Below, piece after piece: positions 21,454 through 31,364 of a stretch of 64,000 bases of DNA (position 1 is the first letter of the stretch; every line of letters begins with the position of its first letter). Both the position numbers and the translations under genes were made by a program. The notes under the pieces are model-generated. The model ran no database searches and was not told the DNA's origin. It worked only from the letters and a program-made list of their open reading frames with translations. This DNA is from an uncultured Spirochaetota bacterium (GTDB lineage Bacteria; Spirochaetota; Spirochaetia; SZUA-6; Fen-1364): assembly GCA_963845535.1 (NCBI GenBank), contig CAWJSK010000012.1:128001-192000 (forward strand), in the 5' to 3' direction.

Positions 21454-22827
21454 ATGCGGCCCAAAACGCTCTTCGAATGCACCGGTTGCGGACACCAGGA
21501 ACCGAAATGGCTGGGGCGCTGCCCATCATGCGGGAAGTGGAACAGTTTCTCGGAGGTTGCCGGCGCCGCTCTCCCCGCGCGCGGATCAACGGATCGCGCC
21601 AACGGAAAGGGGCTGGCCATCCCGCTCTCTTCCATCGAGACGCGGGAGGGCATGAGGCTCGACACCGGGATCGCCGAAATGAACAGGGTGCTGGGGGGCG
21701 GGTTGATGCGGGGGTCCTCCGTCCTGATGGGCGGCGAGCCGGGGATCGGCAAGTCCACACTGATGCTCCAGCTGGCCGCAAGCCTGCAGGTCCGGGGGAG
21801 GACCCTGTACGTGTCGGGGGAAGAATCGCCGGGGCAGCTTCGCATGCGGGCGGACAGGATTGCCGTCTCCTCTGAGCGCATCGAGGTGGTTTCCGAGACC
21901 GAGCTGACGGCCATCATGCAGGTCCTGGAGCAGGTGAAGCCGGTGCTCATCATCGTCGACTCCATCCAGACCCTTTACACGCGCGAGGTCAACGCCCTGC
22001 CGGGCACGGTCAACCAGATCAAGGTGTGCACGCAGGAGCTGGTGGACTGGGCGCGCTCCCGGGGGGCGGCCGTGCTGCTCGTGGCGCACGTTACCAAGGA
22101 AGGCACGATTGCCGGGCCGAAGCTGATCGAGCACCTCGTGGATACCGTCATCTCTTTCGAGCAGGCCAGCGCGGAGATCAGGACGCTGCAGGCCGTCAAG
22201 AACAGGTTCGGGTCAGTGGATGAGATCGGCTTCTTCCGAATGACGGAGACGGGCCTGGCCGAGGTGGATGACGCCACGAGCCTGTTCCTCACGCGGCGTG
22301 AGGGCGGAAATCCCCCCGGCGTGGCGGTGGCGCCAGTGTTCGAAGGTTCCCGCGTCCTGCTCGTGGAAATCCAGAGCCTCACCGTCCCGGCCAAGAGCGG
22401 CATCAGCAGGATCTATTCCGACAGGATCGACGGGGGGCGCGTGGCGCGGGTGGCCGCGGTGCTCGAAAAGCATCTCGACCTGCATCTCGCTGAGCACGAC
22501 ATCTACGTGAACGTTGCGGGCGGCATCCGCATTGCGGAGGTGGGCGTCGAGCTTCCCCTGGCTCTCGCGCTGTACTCGGCGCGCACGGGACTGGCGCTGC
22601 CTGCCGCCACGGCGGTCACGGGAGAGGTCAGCCTCACGGGGGAAGTGCGTCCGGTGCCGGGGATGGAGAAGCGGGCGCGGGCGTGTCGTGACATGGGATT
22701 CCAGACACTCATGGGCCCGGGGGGAGCAGGCGCGGACAGGCCAGAGACGGGAGCGTTCAGCGCCGTGGAAATGGTGAAAGAGGCGGTCCGGCTTGCATTC
22801 GCGCCGGCGTCAAAGGCCCAAAGCTGA
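21454..22827 (+). CDS. radA: DNA repair protein RadA/Sms
   Basis: C4 zinc finger CTGC..CPSC, GEPGIGKST, KNRFG motif, Lon-like C-terminus. Confidence 0.97.
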   Translation: MRPKTLFECTGCGHQEPKWLGRCPSCGKWNSFSEVAGAALPARGSTDRANGKGLAIPLSSIETREGMRLDTGIAEMNRVLGGGLMRGSSVLMGGEPGIGKSTLMLQLAASLQVRGRTLYVSGEESPGQLRMRADRIAVSSERIEVVSETELTAIMQVLEQVKPVLIIVDSIQTLYTREVNALPGTVNQIKVCTQELVDWARSRGAAVLLVAHVTKEGTIAGPKLIEHLVDTVISFEQASAEIRTLQAVKNRFGSVDEIGFFRMTETGLAEVDDATSLFLTRREGGNPPGVAVAPVFEGSRVLLVEIQSLTVPAKSGISRIYSDRIDGGRVARVAAVLEKHLDLHLAEHDIYVNVAGGIRIAEVGVELPLALALYSARTGLALPAATAVTGEVSLTGEVRPVPGMEKRARACRDMGFQTLMGPGGAGADRPETGAFSAVEMVKEAVRLAFAPASKAQS

Positions 22828-23002
22828 GGGACATGAGCTCGCGGGGCTGTGGCGTAGAAGGATCATAGAGCGTGCAGCTTCATCGAGCCAGCGTGTCGAT
22901 CTTCAGCGTGGTGGCCGGCAGCTCTTTCCGTCCAACCAATTTTAAGCGTGGGAGGCCGGCATTTCCGGCGAAACGTCCTGAAATTTGTTGTATGTTAGGC
23001 CC

Positions 23003-23908
23003 ATGAACTACAGGACTCTCGGTTCAACCGGATTGAAGGTGTCTGTTGTCGGGCTGGGCACGTGGCAGCTCGGGGGCGAATGGGGGAAGCAGTTCACCCC
23101 GAAAGAGGTGAGTGAGATTTTCGATACGGCGCGCCAGCAGGGAATTACTCTCGTGGATACCGCGGAGTGCTATGGAGATCACCTCTCAGAGAAGCTCGTG
23201 GGCCAGGCAGTCAAAGCGGACCGGCCGCGCTGGATCATCGCAACGAAGTTCGGACACCGCTACACAACGCCTTTCGAGCGGGAGCAGTTGTGGAGCGTAG
23301 CTGACGTGCAGAGACAGCTTGAGGATTCTCTCAAGGCGCTTGCCATCGACACGATCGATCTCTACCAGTTCCACTCCGGAACGAACGCTGTGTTTGAAAA
23401 CGACGCCCTCTGGACCATGCTCGACAAACAAAAGGCGTCAGGAAAAATCGGACACATTGGCATGTCGATCTCCAGCTCCATGGGCCAGGAGGACCAGGTC
23501 CGCCAGGCGCAACGCGCCCGTGCGGTGGGGGCGGAAAGCCTCCAGGTGGTATACAACCGGCTGCAGAAGACTCCCGAGGAGTCGATCTTCCCGATCTGTC
23601 TGCAGGACAAGCTCGGCGTCCTGGCCCGTGTCCCCCTGGCAAGCGGCTTTCTCAGCGGAAAGTACCGGGAAGGCGCCCAGTTCGGTTCTGATGATTTTCG
23701 ATCAAGAAAAACTTCGCAGGAGCTGGATGGGATGGCCGCGGAGGCGCGGAGGATCCGAGAGCAGGAGGTTCCCGCGGGGGTTGGCATGGCGGCGTGGGCA
23801 CTTGCTTGGTGCCTCAGGAACCCCGCCGTGACGGCGGTGATCCCGGGGTGCAAGAATGCCGAGCAGGTGACGCAGAACGCCAGTGCGGTGGAGTTGCTGA
23901 CGAGGTAG
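23003..23908 (+). CDS. Aldo/keto reductase
   Basis: GLGTWQLGG, DTAECYG, IATKFG, DLYQFH, PLASGFLSGKY. Confidence 0.93.
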   Translation: MNYRTLGSTGLKVSVVGLGTWQLGGEWGKQFTPKEVSEIFDTARQQGITLVDTAECYGDHLSEKLVGQAVKADRPRWIIATKFGHRYTTPFEREQLWSVADVQRQLEDSLKALAIDTIDLYQFHSGTNAVFENDALWTMLDKQKASGKIGHIGMSISSSMGQEDQVRQAQRARAVGAESLQVVYNRLQKTPEESIFPICLQDKLGVLARVPLASGFLSGKYREGAQFGSDDFRSRKTSQELDGMAAEARRIREQEVPAGVGMAAWALAWCLRNPAVTAVIPGCKNAEQVTQNASAVELLTR

Positions 23909-23919
23909 CCGCAGAGATG

Positions 23920-23949
23920 GGAAGGCCCGCCTTCTCTGGCGGGCCTTCC
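23920..23949. terminator. Hairpin between convergent genes (probable bidirectional terminator)
   Basis: GGAAGGCCCGCC-TTCTCT-GGCGGGCCTTCC, a perfect 12-bp stem. Confidence 0.7.
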
Positions 23950-23957
23950 GGAAAGTT

Positions 23958-24704
23958 CCAGAATGCCGTTGTATTTGAGCCCGATGGTTGCAGTGAGGAC
24001 CACAAAGAATCTGTGTAGGTCTTGCCGTCAACAAAGGTGTAGTTGTTTTGGTTGAATGCCAGAGGGGGTACGCTGCGTAATGTTCGTAAGCCCCATGTTG
24101 AACTGAACAGCTGAAGGAGAAAGGAAAAGATTGCTGCTCAGCGCAATGTCCGCTCCACCGGTAAAATGGAGACCGAACGCCGCGATAAGCGTGGTGCATT
24201 GAGCTGAGAGTCAGGAGGTCGGCGAAGAAGATCCAAGGGGCCAAGCTATTTGTTATGTTCGTTGAGTTGGCCGCCCATGAAATGGCCGATAAAAGCCGCC
24301 CGCCCGCAAGCTAAGGCTCACTGGCTTTGCGAAAGCGGGATTCTCGATGTCAGCGCAAAAGGGACGATGAGATAGACATAATTATTGTCAGATGATTGTA
24401 TCCGTAAACGCCACAGCGGGGGAGGGAAATTCACGATGCCGTGATTGGTCAGGTAGTCATACTCGAGGCCTGTGGATATGCCAAGATCCACAGGACCAAG
24501 ACTGAGCAGGAAAAGGTCGGCTTCTAACCCACCTTGGAGAGCAAGCCTCGGAGATCCCGTTTCTGCGGAGTTGGTTGGTCGATCCAGAGCCCAAGCCCAC
24601 CCGCAACCTTCGCTTCAATGTCCAGACCGATGGCGCCGGCAGCGAGAGGTAGCGCAAGTGCAATAAGGGCAGCCAAGACCATGAGTGAACCAAAAATGAC
24701 GCAT
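23958..24704 (-). pseudogene. Multiply frameshifted outer-membrane beta-barrel (porin/PorT-like) gene; pseudogene or low-quality sequence
   Basis: GGAGG then ATG at 24704. Fragments across frames: LMVLAALIALALPLAAGAIGLDIEAKVAGGLGL, GSPRLALQGGLEADLFLLSLGPVDLGISTGLEYDY, NYVYLIVPFAL, FGLHFTGGADIALSSNLFLSP, QFNMGLTNI, TATIGLKYN. Confidence 0.7.
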
Positions 24705-24736
24705 TTTCCACCTCCACGTTGAAGTACATAGATGCG

Positions 24737-24797
24737 CAATGCATAGGTTCTCTATGCATTGGCAGCCTATACTAAGGGCAGGTGGTCACCTTGTCAA
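24737..24797 (-). promoter_or_regulatory. sigma70 promoter with downstream palindromic operator
   Basis: TTGACA-N17-TAGTAT (24797-24769); perfect inverted repeat CAATGCATAG-N5-CTATGCATTG (24737-24761). Confidence 0.72.
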
Positions 24798-24834
24798 CGA
24801 AAACCTTCAGCCGAAAACTTTCCGACGAAAATCT

Positions 24835-26340
24835 TCACACTCCGCGCGCGAGATGGTAGTAGGCCCCGTTCCACCGAAGCTCTTTCTTGAAGCCGGATAC
24901 CGTGGTGTCCTTCCCTATCAGGACGAACTCCATTCCCGCCATGTCCGCAAAGTCCTCCAGGTGTTGGGCGGTCACCGAGTGGCTGAAGCCCGTGTGGTGA
25001 GCGCCTCCGGCGAGGATCCATGCCGCGGCAGCCACTTTCAGGTTGGGCCGCGGGGTCCACAGGGCGCGCGCCACGGGCAGCTTCGGCAGCGGCTCCAGGG
25101 GCGGGACAACGTCCACCTCGTTCACGATCATGCGGAACCTGTCCCCCATGTCGACGATGGTTGCGTTGACGGCGGGACCGGCTTTCGCGGTGAAAACAAG
25201 CCGCGCGGGATCTTCCTTGCCTCCGATGGAAAGCGGATGCATCTCCAGGGACGGCTTGCCGTCCGCAATGGATTCGCAGACCTCCAGCATGTGGGCCCCG
25301 AGGACCTTCATTCCGCTCGGATCGAAGTGGTACGTGTAGTCTTCCATGAAGGAAACTCCGCCCGGCAGCCCCGTGGCCATCACCTTCATGGAGCGTACGA
25401 GGGCCGCGGTCTTCCAGTCCCCCTCCCCGCCGAATCCGTATCCGTCCGCCATCAGGCGCTGGACGGCAATACCCGGTAACTGGGGAAGGCCGTGGAGGTC
25501 CTGGAAGTTCGTGGTGAACGCGTCGAATCCTCCGTCCTCCAGGAACCCGCGCATCCCCAGCTCGATGCGCGCGGCTTCCTTGAGCGCCTGCCGCTTCGCG
25601 CCACCCTGTTTCAAGTCCTTTTGAACCGTGTATTTCAGATCGTACTCGGAAAGGAGCCTGTCGGTCTGGGCATCCGTAACCGCGCGCACGCGCTCCACGA
25701 GGTCGCCAATTCCGAAACCATTCACCGAGTAGCCGAAGCGCATCTGCGCTTCCACCTTGTCACCTTCAGTCACCGCCACTTCGCGCATGTTGTCCCCGAA
25801 CCGAGCCACCTTGAGGCCCTGGGCATCATGCCAGGCAGCCGCGGCCCGCATCCACGTGGCCAGCTCCGCGAGCGTCTCCGCGTCCTTCCAGTGTCCCACC
25901 ACCACCTTGCGGTTTATGCGCATCCTGCTGCCCATGAACCCGAACTCCCGGTCCCCGTGGGCGGACTGGTTCGTGTTCATGAAGTTCATGTCCATGGTGG
26001 ACCAGGGAATGTCACGATTGAACTGCGTGTGAAGGTGCGCGAATGGCTTCTGGAGGGCGGCCAGCCCCGCAATCCACATCTTGGCCGGGGAAAACGTGTG
26101 CATCCAGGTGATGATACCCACACAGTTCGGGGAAGAGTTCGCCTCACGGACCAGGCGAAGGATGGAGTCGGAGTCCGTGGACACCGGCTTGAACACTACG
26201 CTCAGGGGTATCTGCGGCGATCCCGACAGGGACCGCGCGATTTCCTGGGAATGCTGCGCGACGGTGTCAAGAACTTCCTTGCCGTACAGCACCTGGCTTC
26301 CCGTGACAAACCATGCTTCGAGCTTCTTGAGATCGATCAT
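24835..26340 (-). CDS. araA: L-arabinose isomerase
   Basis: [56 protein letters not shown]. Confidence 0.97.
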   Translation of the reverse strand: MIDLKKLEAWFVTGSQVLYGKEVLDTVAQHSQEIARSLSGSPQIPLSVVFKPVSTDSDSILRLVREANSSPNCVGIITWMHTFSPAKMWIAGLAALQKPFAHLHTQFNRDIPWSTMDMNFMNTNQSAHGDREFGFMGSRMRINRKVVVGHWKDAETLAELATWMRAAAAWHDAQGLKVARFGDNMREVAVTEGDKVEAQMRFGYSVNGFGIGDLVERVRAVTDAQTDRLLSEYDLKYTVQKDLKQGGAKRQALKEAARIELGMRGFLEDGGFDAFTTNFQDLHGLPQLPGIAVQRLMADGYGFGGEGDWKTAALVRSMKVMATGLPGGVSFMEDYTYHFDPSGMKVLGAHMLEVCESIADGKPSLEMHPLSIGGKEDPARLVFTAKAGPAVNATIVDMGDRFRMIVNEVDVVPPLEPLPKLPVARALWTPRPNLKVAAAAWILAGGAHHTGFSHSVTAQHLEDFADMAGMEFVLIGKDTTVSGFKKELRWNGAYYHLARGV

Positions 26341-26445
26341 CCCGGTCCTCCCTACAGCTATTTGCCGTGAGTATAGCGGCCGCGAACACGCGAGGCAACC
26401 TGGACGCGGGTCAGGGCCCCGCCTGCGCACGGCTGGTAGCGCTGG

Positions 26446-27357
26446 CTAGGGAAACTCCTCACGCAGCGCGGCGAGCGACTCCTCCAACTGGCCGCGAAGC
26501 AGGCCGTCCGTGTACTCCCGCCCGAGCTTCGGCCCGGGAAGCTCGAGGTAGCCGGTGACGTCATCCGTTGGAAAACGCGCGGAATTCCTCGACAAAAAAG
26601 CACGCAGTCGCTTGAGGTCGACAATGCCGTGCGCCCGCTCCGCCGGACTGAAGCCAAAGGTCGAATTGAAGATGGAGTCTGTGTTCTTGAAATGGAACTC
26701 CCACATCCAGGGAATTTCCAGCTCGAACATGTCCCAATTGTCATGCAGGACGTGCTTCTGCTCGTCAGCAACTCCATGAGAGATATCCCCGCACAGGTAG
26801 AGCGGGACTGTTTCATCCGGGGCAGCCGCATGAGCGGCGTCGAAGACACCGGTCATCTCCCGCACGTGCTCCGGCGTGGACGGGTACTCCCAGACCGAGG
26901 ACATCGGCTCGATCGTGATCCCGCGAAGCCCTTCCCGCCTGGCAAGGCGCATCAGCTCCTTCAGGTTGGCGAAAAAGCATTCCTGGCCGCGCGCGCGCCT
27001 CTCTGGCTGGTCCCTCATCAGGATGCCGGCGCTGGAACCTGCGGTGTCGGCGCCCACCAGGGCAGCCACATGGATCAGGCGCTCCCATCCCCAACGCGCA
27101 GTCGCCTCCAGGGACGGGTCCCCGCTCCCCCAGCCCCCCATTTCCCGGTGGGACGTAAAAACGCTCGATATCCGGATTCCTTTTTTCTCCGCGGTCCCGC
27201 GCAGCCGCCTGAACCAGCTCTCATCCGCCGTGAAGGTGGGGAAGGAGCTGCCCATCTGGAGACGGTCCACATGGAAGTCAGCCATGACGCCGAACAGCCA
27301 GTCGAAGCTGTAGCGGTTTTCGATTGGATCACTTTTGACCCCGAGGCGGACCGTCAT
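26446..27357 (-). CDS. Sugar phosphate isomerase/epimerase (xylose isomerase-like TIM barrel)
   Basis: Start MTVRLGVKSDPIE; metal-site residues IEPMS, DISHG, FHFKN, YLE; 4-bp overlap with the upstream dehydrogenase. Confidence 0.82.
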   Translation of the reverse strand: MTVRLGVKSDPIENRYSFDWLFGVMADFHVDRLQMGSSFPTFTADESWFRRLRGTAEKKGIRISSVFTSHREMGGWGSGDPSLEATARWGWERLIHVAALVGADTAGSSAGILMRDQPERRARGQECFFANLKELMRLARREGLRGITIEPMSSVWEYPSTPEHVREMTGVFDAAHAAAPDETVPLYLCGDISHGVADEQKHVLHDNWDMFELEIPWMWEFHFKNTDSIFNSTFGFSPAERAHGIVDLKRLRAFLSRNSARFPTDDVTGYLELPGPKLGREYTDGLLRGQLEESLAALREEFP

Positions 27358-28388
27358 AGTGCAAACACGACCTTGTTGAAAGATTCGGTTCGCGAAACGA
27401 CGCGGCGAAACACATCCACGCCCTCGGCAAGCTTGGGAGTGTGGCTGATCAGGCGCGCCACTTCGATGGTCCGGCCAAGGCTGGAGAGAACCGTGGTCCA
27501 CTCGTTCCTGCCCTCGGGGACCACGCGTGAGTTCCACGTCCCGCGGATGACGAGCTCGCGCCGCAGGATGGAGGAAAAATCCTTCTCCCCGATCTGAAAG
27601 CTTCCCCGTATGTTTCCCAGGAACACCACCTCGCCGAAACGCGCCGCCGCCATGACAGCCTGGAGGAACGTCTGGGGGAGGCCGACCGCCTCGACTACCC
27701 TGTCAGCGCCGTAGCCGCCCGTTTCTTCCAGTATCTGAGCCACGGGGTCGCCTTTTTGGGAGTCGACGGGAATGAAACCCATGTCCGAGGCAAGGAAAAG
27801 CTTTTGACGGTCGATGTCAACCAGGAACACGCGTGAGCAGCCGCGCAAGCGCATCCACTGGGCCGCCATGTTTCCTATGGGGCCCGCGCCGAACACGGCG
27901 CCCGTGTCACCGGCGCGGATGGAAAGCTTCCCGACTCCATGCAGCGCCACGGCGCACGGCTCGGTCATGGCGGCGTCACGCATTTCAACCCCTTCGGGGA
28001 CGGGCAGGAGGTTCGCGTCCGGCGCCCACACCCGTTCGGCAAAAGCCCCATCCCTTCGGGAGCCCAGGTAATCATAGTCAACGCACTGGGCGAAGTCGCC
28101 GGTCTGACAGGGAATGCAGCGGCGGCACGGAATCAAGGGAAAAACGATCACACGCGCGCCCTTTGGGAACTTCCCGCCCTGCGCTGGCTCGTCAACGACC
28201 CCCGAGAGCTCGTGTCCCATGATCAGCGGGTAATGATAGGAGGCTCCCTCGAAACCGCGATGAATGTCGGAGTTGCAGATGCCGGAGTAAGAAACTCGAA
28301 TGAGGGCCCAACCCGGTCCAGGGCGCTCGGGCTCCGGGACGTCTTTGTATTCAAGCGTTTTGTCTCTCACAAGGACGAGAGCTTTCAT
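27354..28388 (-). CDS. Zn-dependent polyol dehydrogenase (galactitol-1-phosphate 5-dehydrogenase-like)
   Basis: GICNSD, GHE, CRRCIPC..C, YDYLGSRRDGAFAE, GAGPIG, GTWNS. Confidence 0.88.
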   Translation of the reverse strand: MKALVLVRDKTLEYKDVPEPERPGPGWALIRVSYSGICNSDIHRGFEGASYHYPLIMGHELSGVVDEPAQGGKFPKGARVIVFPLIPCRRCIPCQTGDFAQCVDYDYLGSRRDGAFAERVWAPDANLLPVPEGVEMRDAAMTEPCAVALHGVGKLSIRAGDTGAVFGAGPIGNMAAQWMRLRGCSRVFLVDIDRQKLFLASDMGFIPVDSQKGDPVAQILEETGGYGADRVVEAVGLPQTFLQAVMAAARFGEVVFLGNIRGSFQIGEKDFSSILRRELVIRGTWNSRVVPEGRNEWTTVLSSLGRTIEVARLISHTPKLAEGVDVFRRVVSRTESFNKVVFAL

Positions 28389-28433
28389 GAAAGCCAACGG
28401 TACACAACCTCGCCTTGACAATCAAGTGGTTTG

Positions 28434-28495
28434 TGATCGATTTTGCTCTTTAATGATCGAAATTGCTTGAAATTCTGCTCTGATTTGAGTATGAT
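28434..28495 (+). promoter_or_regulatory. Divergent promoter region with 10-bp direct-repeat operator array
   Basis: TGATCGATTT/TGCTCTTTAA/TGATCGAAAT/TGCTTGAAAT in tandem, overlapping TTGAAA-N17-TATGAT. Confidence 0.6.
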
Positions 28496-28579
28496 AACAC
28501 CAAGACGCTGGCAAAGTCAGAACAGTGAATCCCATGTGCATGCCAGCCGTGCGCCGGCGCCTCTGCCATGGAGGGCTTC

Positions 28580-29641
28580 ATGAAGGCTGCAATTCTCGAA
28601 TCCCTTGGAAAAATCACCGTGCAAGACACGAGTGAGCCTGACTGCGGGGAAAACGAGGCCATTCTCAAAGTGAACGCCTGCGCCGTCTGCGGGTCCGATA
28701 TCCGCATTTTCCACTACGGCAACGAGAGGGTGAAGCCGCCAACCGTCATTGGCCACGAGATCGCCGGAGAAATCGTCCGCGTTGGCAAGGCTGTGAAAAG
28801 CGTCAAGGAAGGAGACCGGGTGGCGCTCGGCGCGGATGTGCCCTGCGGAACGTGCTACTGGTGCACGAACGGGATGGGGACCAACTGCAGGATCAACTAC
28901 GCCATCGGCTACCAGTTTCCGGGCGGTTTCCAGGAACGCATGGTCCTGAACGAGACCACTTTGAAATACGGCCCGGTCACGCCCATGCCGGCAGGGCTCC
29001 GCTTCGCGGAGGCGGCAATCGCGGAGCCGCTCGCCTGCGCCGTCAACGGCCTTGAGCTTGCGCAGTTCGGCATGGGAAAAAGCATCTGCATCATCGGGCT
29101 CGGGCCCATCGGGTGCATGATGCTGGAGCTGTCGAAAGTGTTCGGCGCCTCACGCGTGTTTGCCGCCCAGCGCTCGCGCGCGCGGATGGAAATGGCGCGG
29201 CAGTTCCTGCCCTCGGCGCGCTTCATTGCCGCCGAGGACGAGGATCTCGTCGACGTGGTCATGCGGGAGACCGACGGCGAAGGGGTGGACCTGGCAATCA
29301 CGACAGCGGGCACGGTCCAGGCGCATGCGGATGCAATCCGCATGGTCCGCCACCGCGGCTTCGTGAACCTCTTCGGCGGCCTGAAGAACCAGCCCGCGCT
29401 GGCCCTCGACTCGAACCTCATCCATTACAAGGAATGCTTCGTCATGGGCAGCCACGGCTCGTTGCCGCGCCACCACCGCACCGCCGTCGGGCTGATTGCG
29501 AGCGGCGCCGTGCAGGCAAAGAAGTACATCTCCAGGGTTTTCCCGATTGCCGGGACGCGGGAGGCCTTCGCGTTCCATGAGTCGCGGGCCGGACTGAAAG
29601 TCCTGGTTGCCCCCAACGGGGAAGATGCGGCATGGTCGTGA
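28580..29641 (+). CDS. Zn-dependent polyol (L-iditol-type) dehydrogenase
   Basis: CGSD, GHE, CGTCYWC..C, AEPLAC, GLGPIG. Confidence 0.9.
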   Translation: MKAAILESLGKITVQDTSEPDCGENEAILKVNACAVCGSDIRIFHYGNERVKPPTVIGHEIAGEIVRVGKAVKSVKEGDRVALGADVPCGTCYWCTNGMGTNCRINYAIGYQFPGGFQERMVLNETTLKYGPVTPMPAGLRFAEAAIAEPLACAVNGLELAQFGMGKSICIIGLGPIGCMMLELSKVFGASRVFAAQRSRARMEMARQFLPSARFIAAEDEDLVDVVMRETDGEGVDLAITTAGTVQAHADAIRMVRHRGFVNLFGGLKNQPALALDSNLIHYKECFVMGSHGSLPRHHRTAVGLIASGAVQAKKYISRVFPIAGTREAFAFHESRAGLKVLVAPNGEDAAWS

Positions 29642-30321
29642 AAACGGTGAAGATAGCTCCCTCGCTGATGTGCGCGGACTTCATCTCCCTGGGGCCGGAG
29701 CTGGACATCATGAGGTCCGCGGGCATCGACTACCTCCACATCGACATCATGGACGGCCGCTACGTGCCCAACTTCACACTCGGTCCCGACTTCTGCAAAG
29801 GGTTGGCGGCGTATTCCCCCATCCCGCTGGACGTCCACCTCATGATCGAAGACCCGGACGCGCACGTGCAGAAGTTCGCCTCTTTCCCCGGGGCGGTGGT
29901 CTCCTTCCATCCCGAGACCTCGCGCCACCCCTTGCGGACCATCGACCTGATCAAAAGCTACGGCGCACGGGCGGGGATTGCCGTGGATCCGGCCATGCCT
30001 GCCTCCCAGGTGAAGGAGATGCTGCCGCGCGTGAGCCTGGTCTGCGTGATGACCGTCAACCCGGGATACGCGGGACAGAAGCTCATCCCGGAAATGCTCG
30101 ACAAGATCCGCCAGATTGCCGGCATGGCCTCCGCGCTGGATCACCCCATCGAGATCGAGGTGGACGGAAACGTGAGCTGGGAGAATATCCCGCGGATGAT
30201 CGATGCGGGAGGGAACGTGCTCGTGGCTGGCACCTCCTCCCTGTACGACGGCAAGGCCGGCCTGGCGCAGAACATCGAGAAGATGCGCGTCCTTGTCAGC
30301 GCTGGAGCTTCTCCACGATGA
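29632..30321 (+). CDS. Ribulose-phosphate 3-epimerase family protein (possibly allulose-6-P 3-epimerase-like)
   Basis: APSLMCAD, HIDIMDG.YVPN, DVHLM, MTVNPG, EVDGNV, VAGTS. Confidence 0.92.
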   Translation: MVVKTVKIAPSLMCADFISLGPELDIMRSAGIDYLHIDIMDGRYVPNFTLGPDFCKGLAAYSPIPLDVHLMIEDPDAHVQKFASFPGAVVSFHPETSRHPLRTIDLIKSYGARAGIAVDPAMPASQVKEMLPRVSLVCVMTVNPGYAGQKLIPEMLDKIRQIAGMASALDHPIEIEVDGNVSWENIPRMIDAGGNVLVAGTSSLYDGKAGLAQNIEKMRVLVSAGASPR

Positions 30322-30721
30322 CCGATGAGGGCCCCTTCCCCCTCCCGTTGCCGCTCACGCGGGAAAGCAAGCCGAACGAACCAACGAAAAAAACGATGGC
30401 GCCGGCGGCCCCCATGGGTTGCGTCGCGCCCGGGGCGCGCAGCGCCGCCGCCAGGAGCGCCCCCGCCCCATAGCCTGCAAAGAGGAAGGCGAACGGGACG
30501 AGGAAGAGCAGGAGCGCGGCGGCAAGGGGCGAAGGACTTCGGGTCTGGACGCGTACTTTGTCTCCCACTGATACGCCGAGCCGGTCGACGGCGCGCGCAA
30601 GCATATGGTCGCCTGCTTCCGAGAGAGTGCAGAGCGTGCATCCCTCGCACGCCGCCGAACGATCTATCCGTACCAGAGCCACGCCGTCGGCGCGCTCGAT
30701 GACCGTGCCTCTTTCCTCCAT
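30296..30721 (-). CDS. RseC/MucC family protein
   Basis: MEERGTV...RSAACEGCTLC, GDKV, two TM helices. Confidence 0.85.
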   Translation of the reverse strand: MEERGTVIERADGVALVRIDRSAACEGCTLCTLSEAGDHMLARAVDRLGVSVGDKVRVQTRSPSPLAAALLLFLVPFAFLFAGYGAGALLAAALRAPGATQPMGAAGAIVFFVGSFGLLSRVSGNGRGKGPSSVIVEKLQR

Positions 30722-30735
30722 AACCGGATGCGATA

Positions 30736-31257
30736 TCAGGCCGGAGTCTCGTTCACTTTCGAATCGAGCATGGTGTCACCGTCGAATATGAAAAAACCAT
30801 TGAAGCCTCTTCCTTCGAGAAGCATCGGCAGCCACAGAGAATCGTCAGCCCACATTCGGTCATACGGAATCCGTTCCAGAGGCGTCCAGACGGGGGCTGC
30901 CTCCCGGGTCTCGCACAGCTCGCCTTCAAAGCTGCTTGCGGTGAAAACGGTCCCGTGCAGCGAGTAGCCGTCCACGAACTGGAAGGAAAGCTCGCCGGCC
31001 TGGCGCACGCCGGTGGGCGTCACGCACAGCTCCTCCTGCACCTCGCGGATGGCGCCCTGGCGCGCCGTTTCGCCGGGTTCAATACGGCCGCCGGGGCCGT
31101 TGATCTTGCCGGCGCCGAGCCCCGTCTTCTTATGGATCAGCAGGATGTTGCCGTCACGAAGAACAAAAAGCAGCGTGGCCCGTTCCGTCGGAATCCACTC
31201 CCGCCAATCGATCTGGCTCACGCGCCGCGGTATGGACCTCATGCTCTCTTCGGTCAT
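30736..31257 (-). CDS. NUDIX hydrolase (8-oxo-dGTP diphosphatase, MTH1-like)
   Basis: GPGGRIEPGETARQGAIREVQEE Nudix box, IPYDRMWADD; start supported by the adjacent promoter TTGAAC-N17-TACCTT. Confidence 0.9.
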   Translation of the reverse strand: MTEESMRSIPRRVSQIDWREWIPTERATLLFVLRDGNILLIHKKTGLGAGKINGPGGRIEPGETARQGAIREVQEELCVTPTGVRQAGELSFQFVDGYSLHGTVFTASSFEGELCETREAAPVWTPLERIPYDRMWADDSLWLPMLLEGRGFNGFFIFDGDTMLDSKVNETPA

Positions 31258-31328
31258 CGAATGAAAGGTACAACGGCGGGGGTCCTTGTTCAATTGTGCC
31301 GCCGCAAACGGCGTCCCCTCATTTCCCC

Positions 31329-31357
31329 TTGCATTCCCGGATGGCTGGACGTATAAT
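31329..31357 (+). promoter_or_regulatory. Near-consensus sigma70 promoter with no downstream protein gene
   Basis: TTGCAT-N17-TATAAT. Confidence 0.72.
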
Positions 31358-31364
31358 TGCCCTG

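Noticed and set aside
22828..23002. Possible small gene remnant downstream of radA
   Set aside because: No ORF or motif that I can support.
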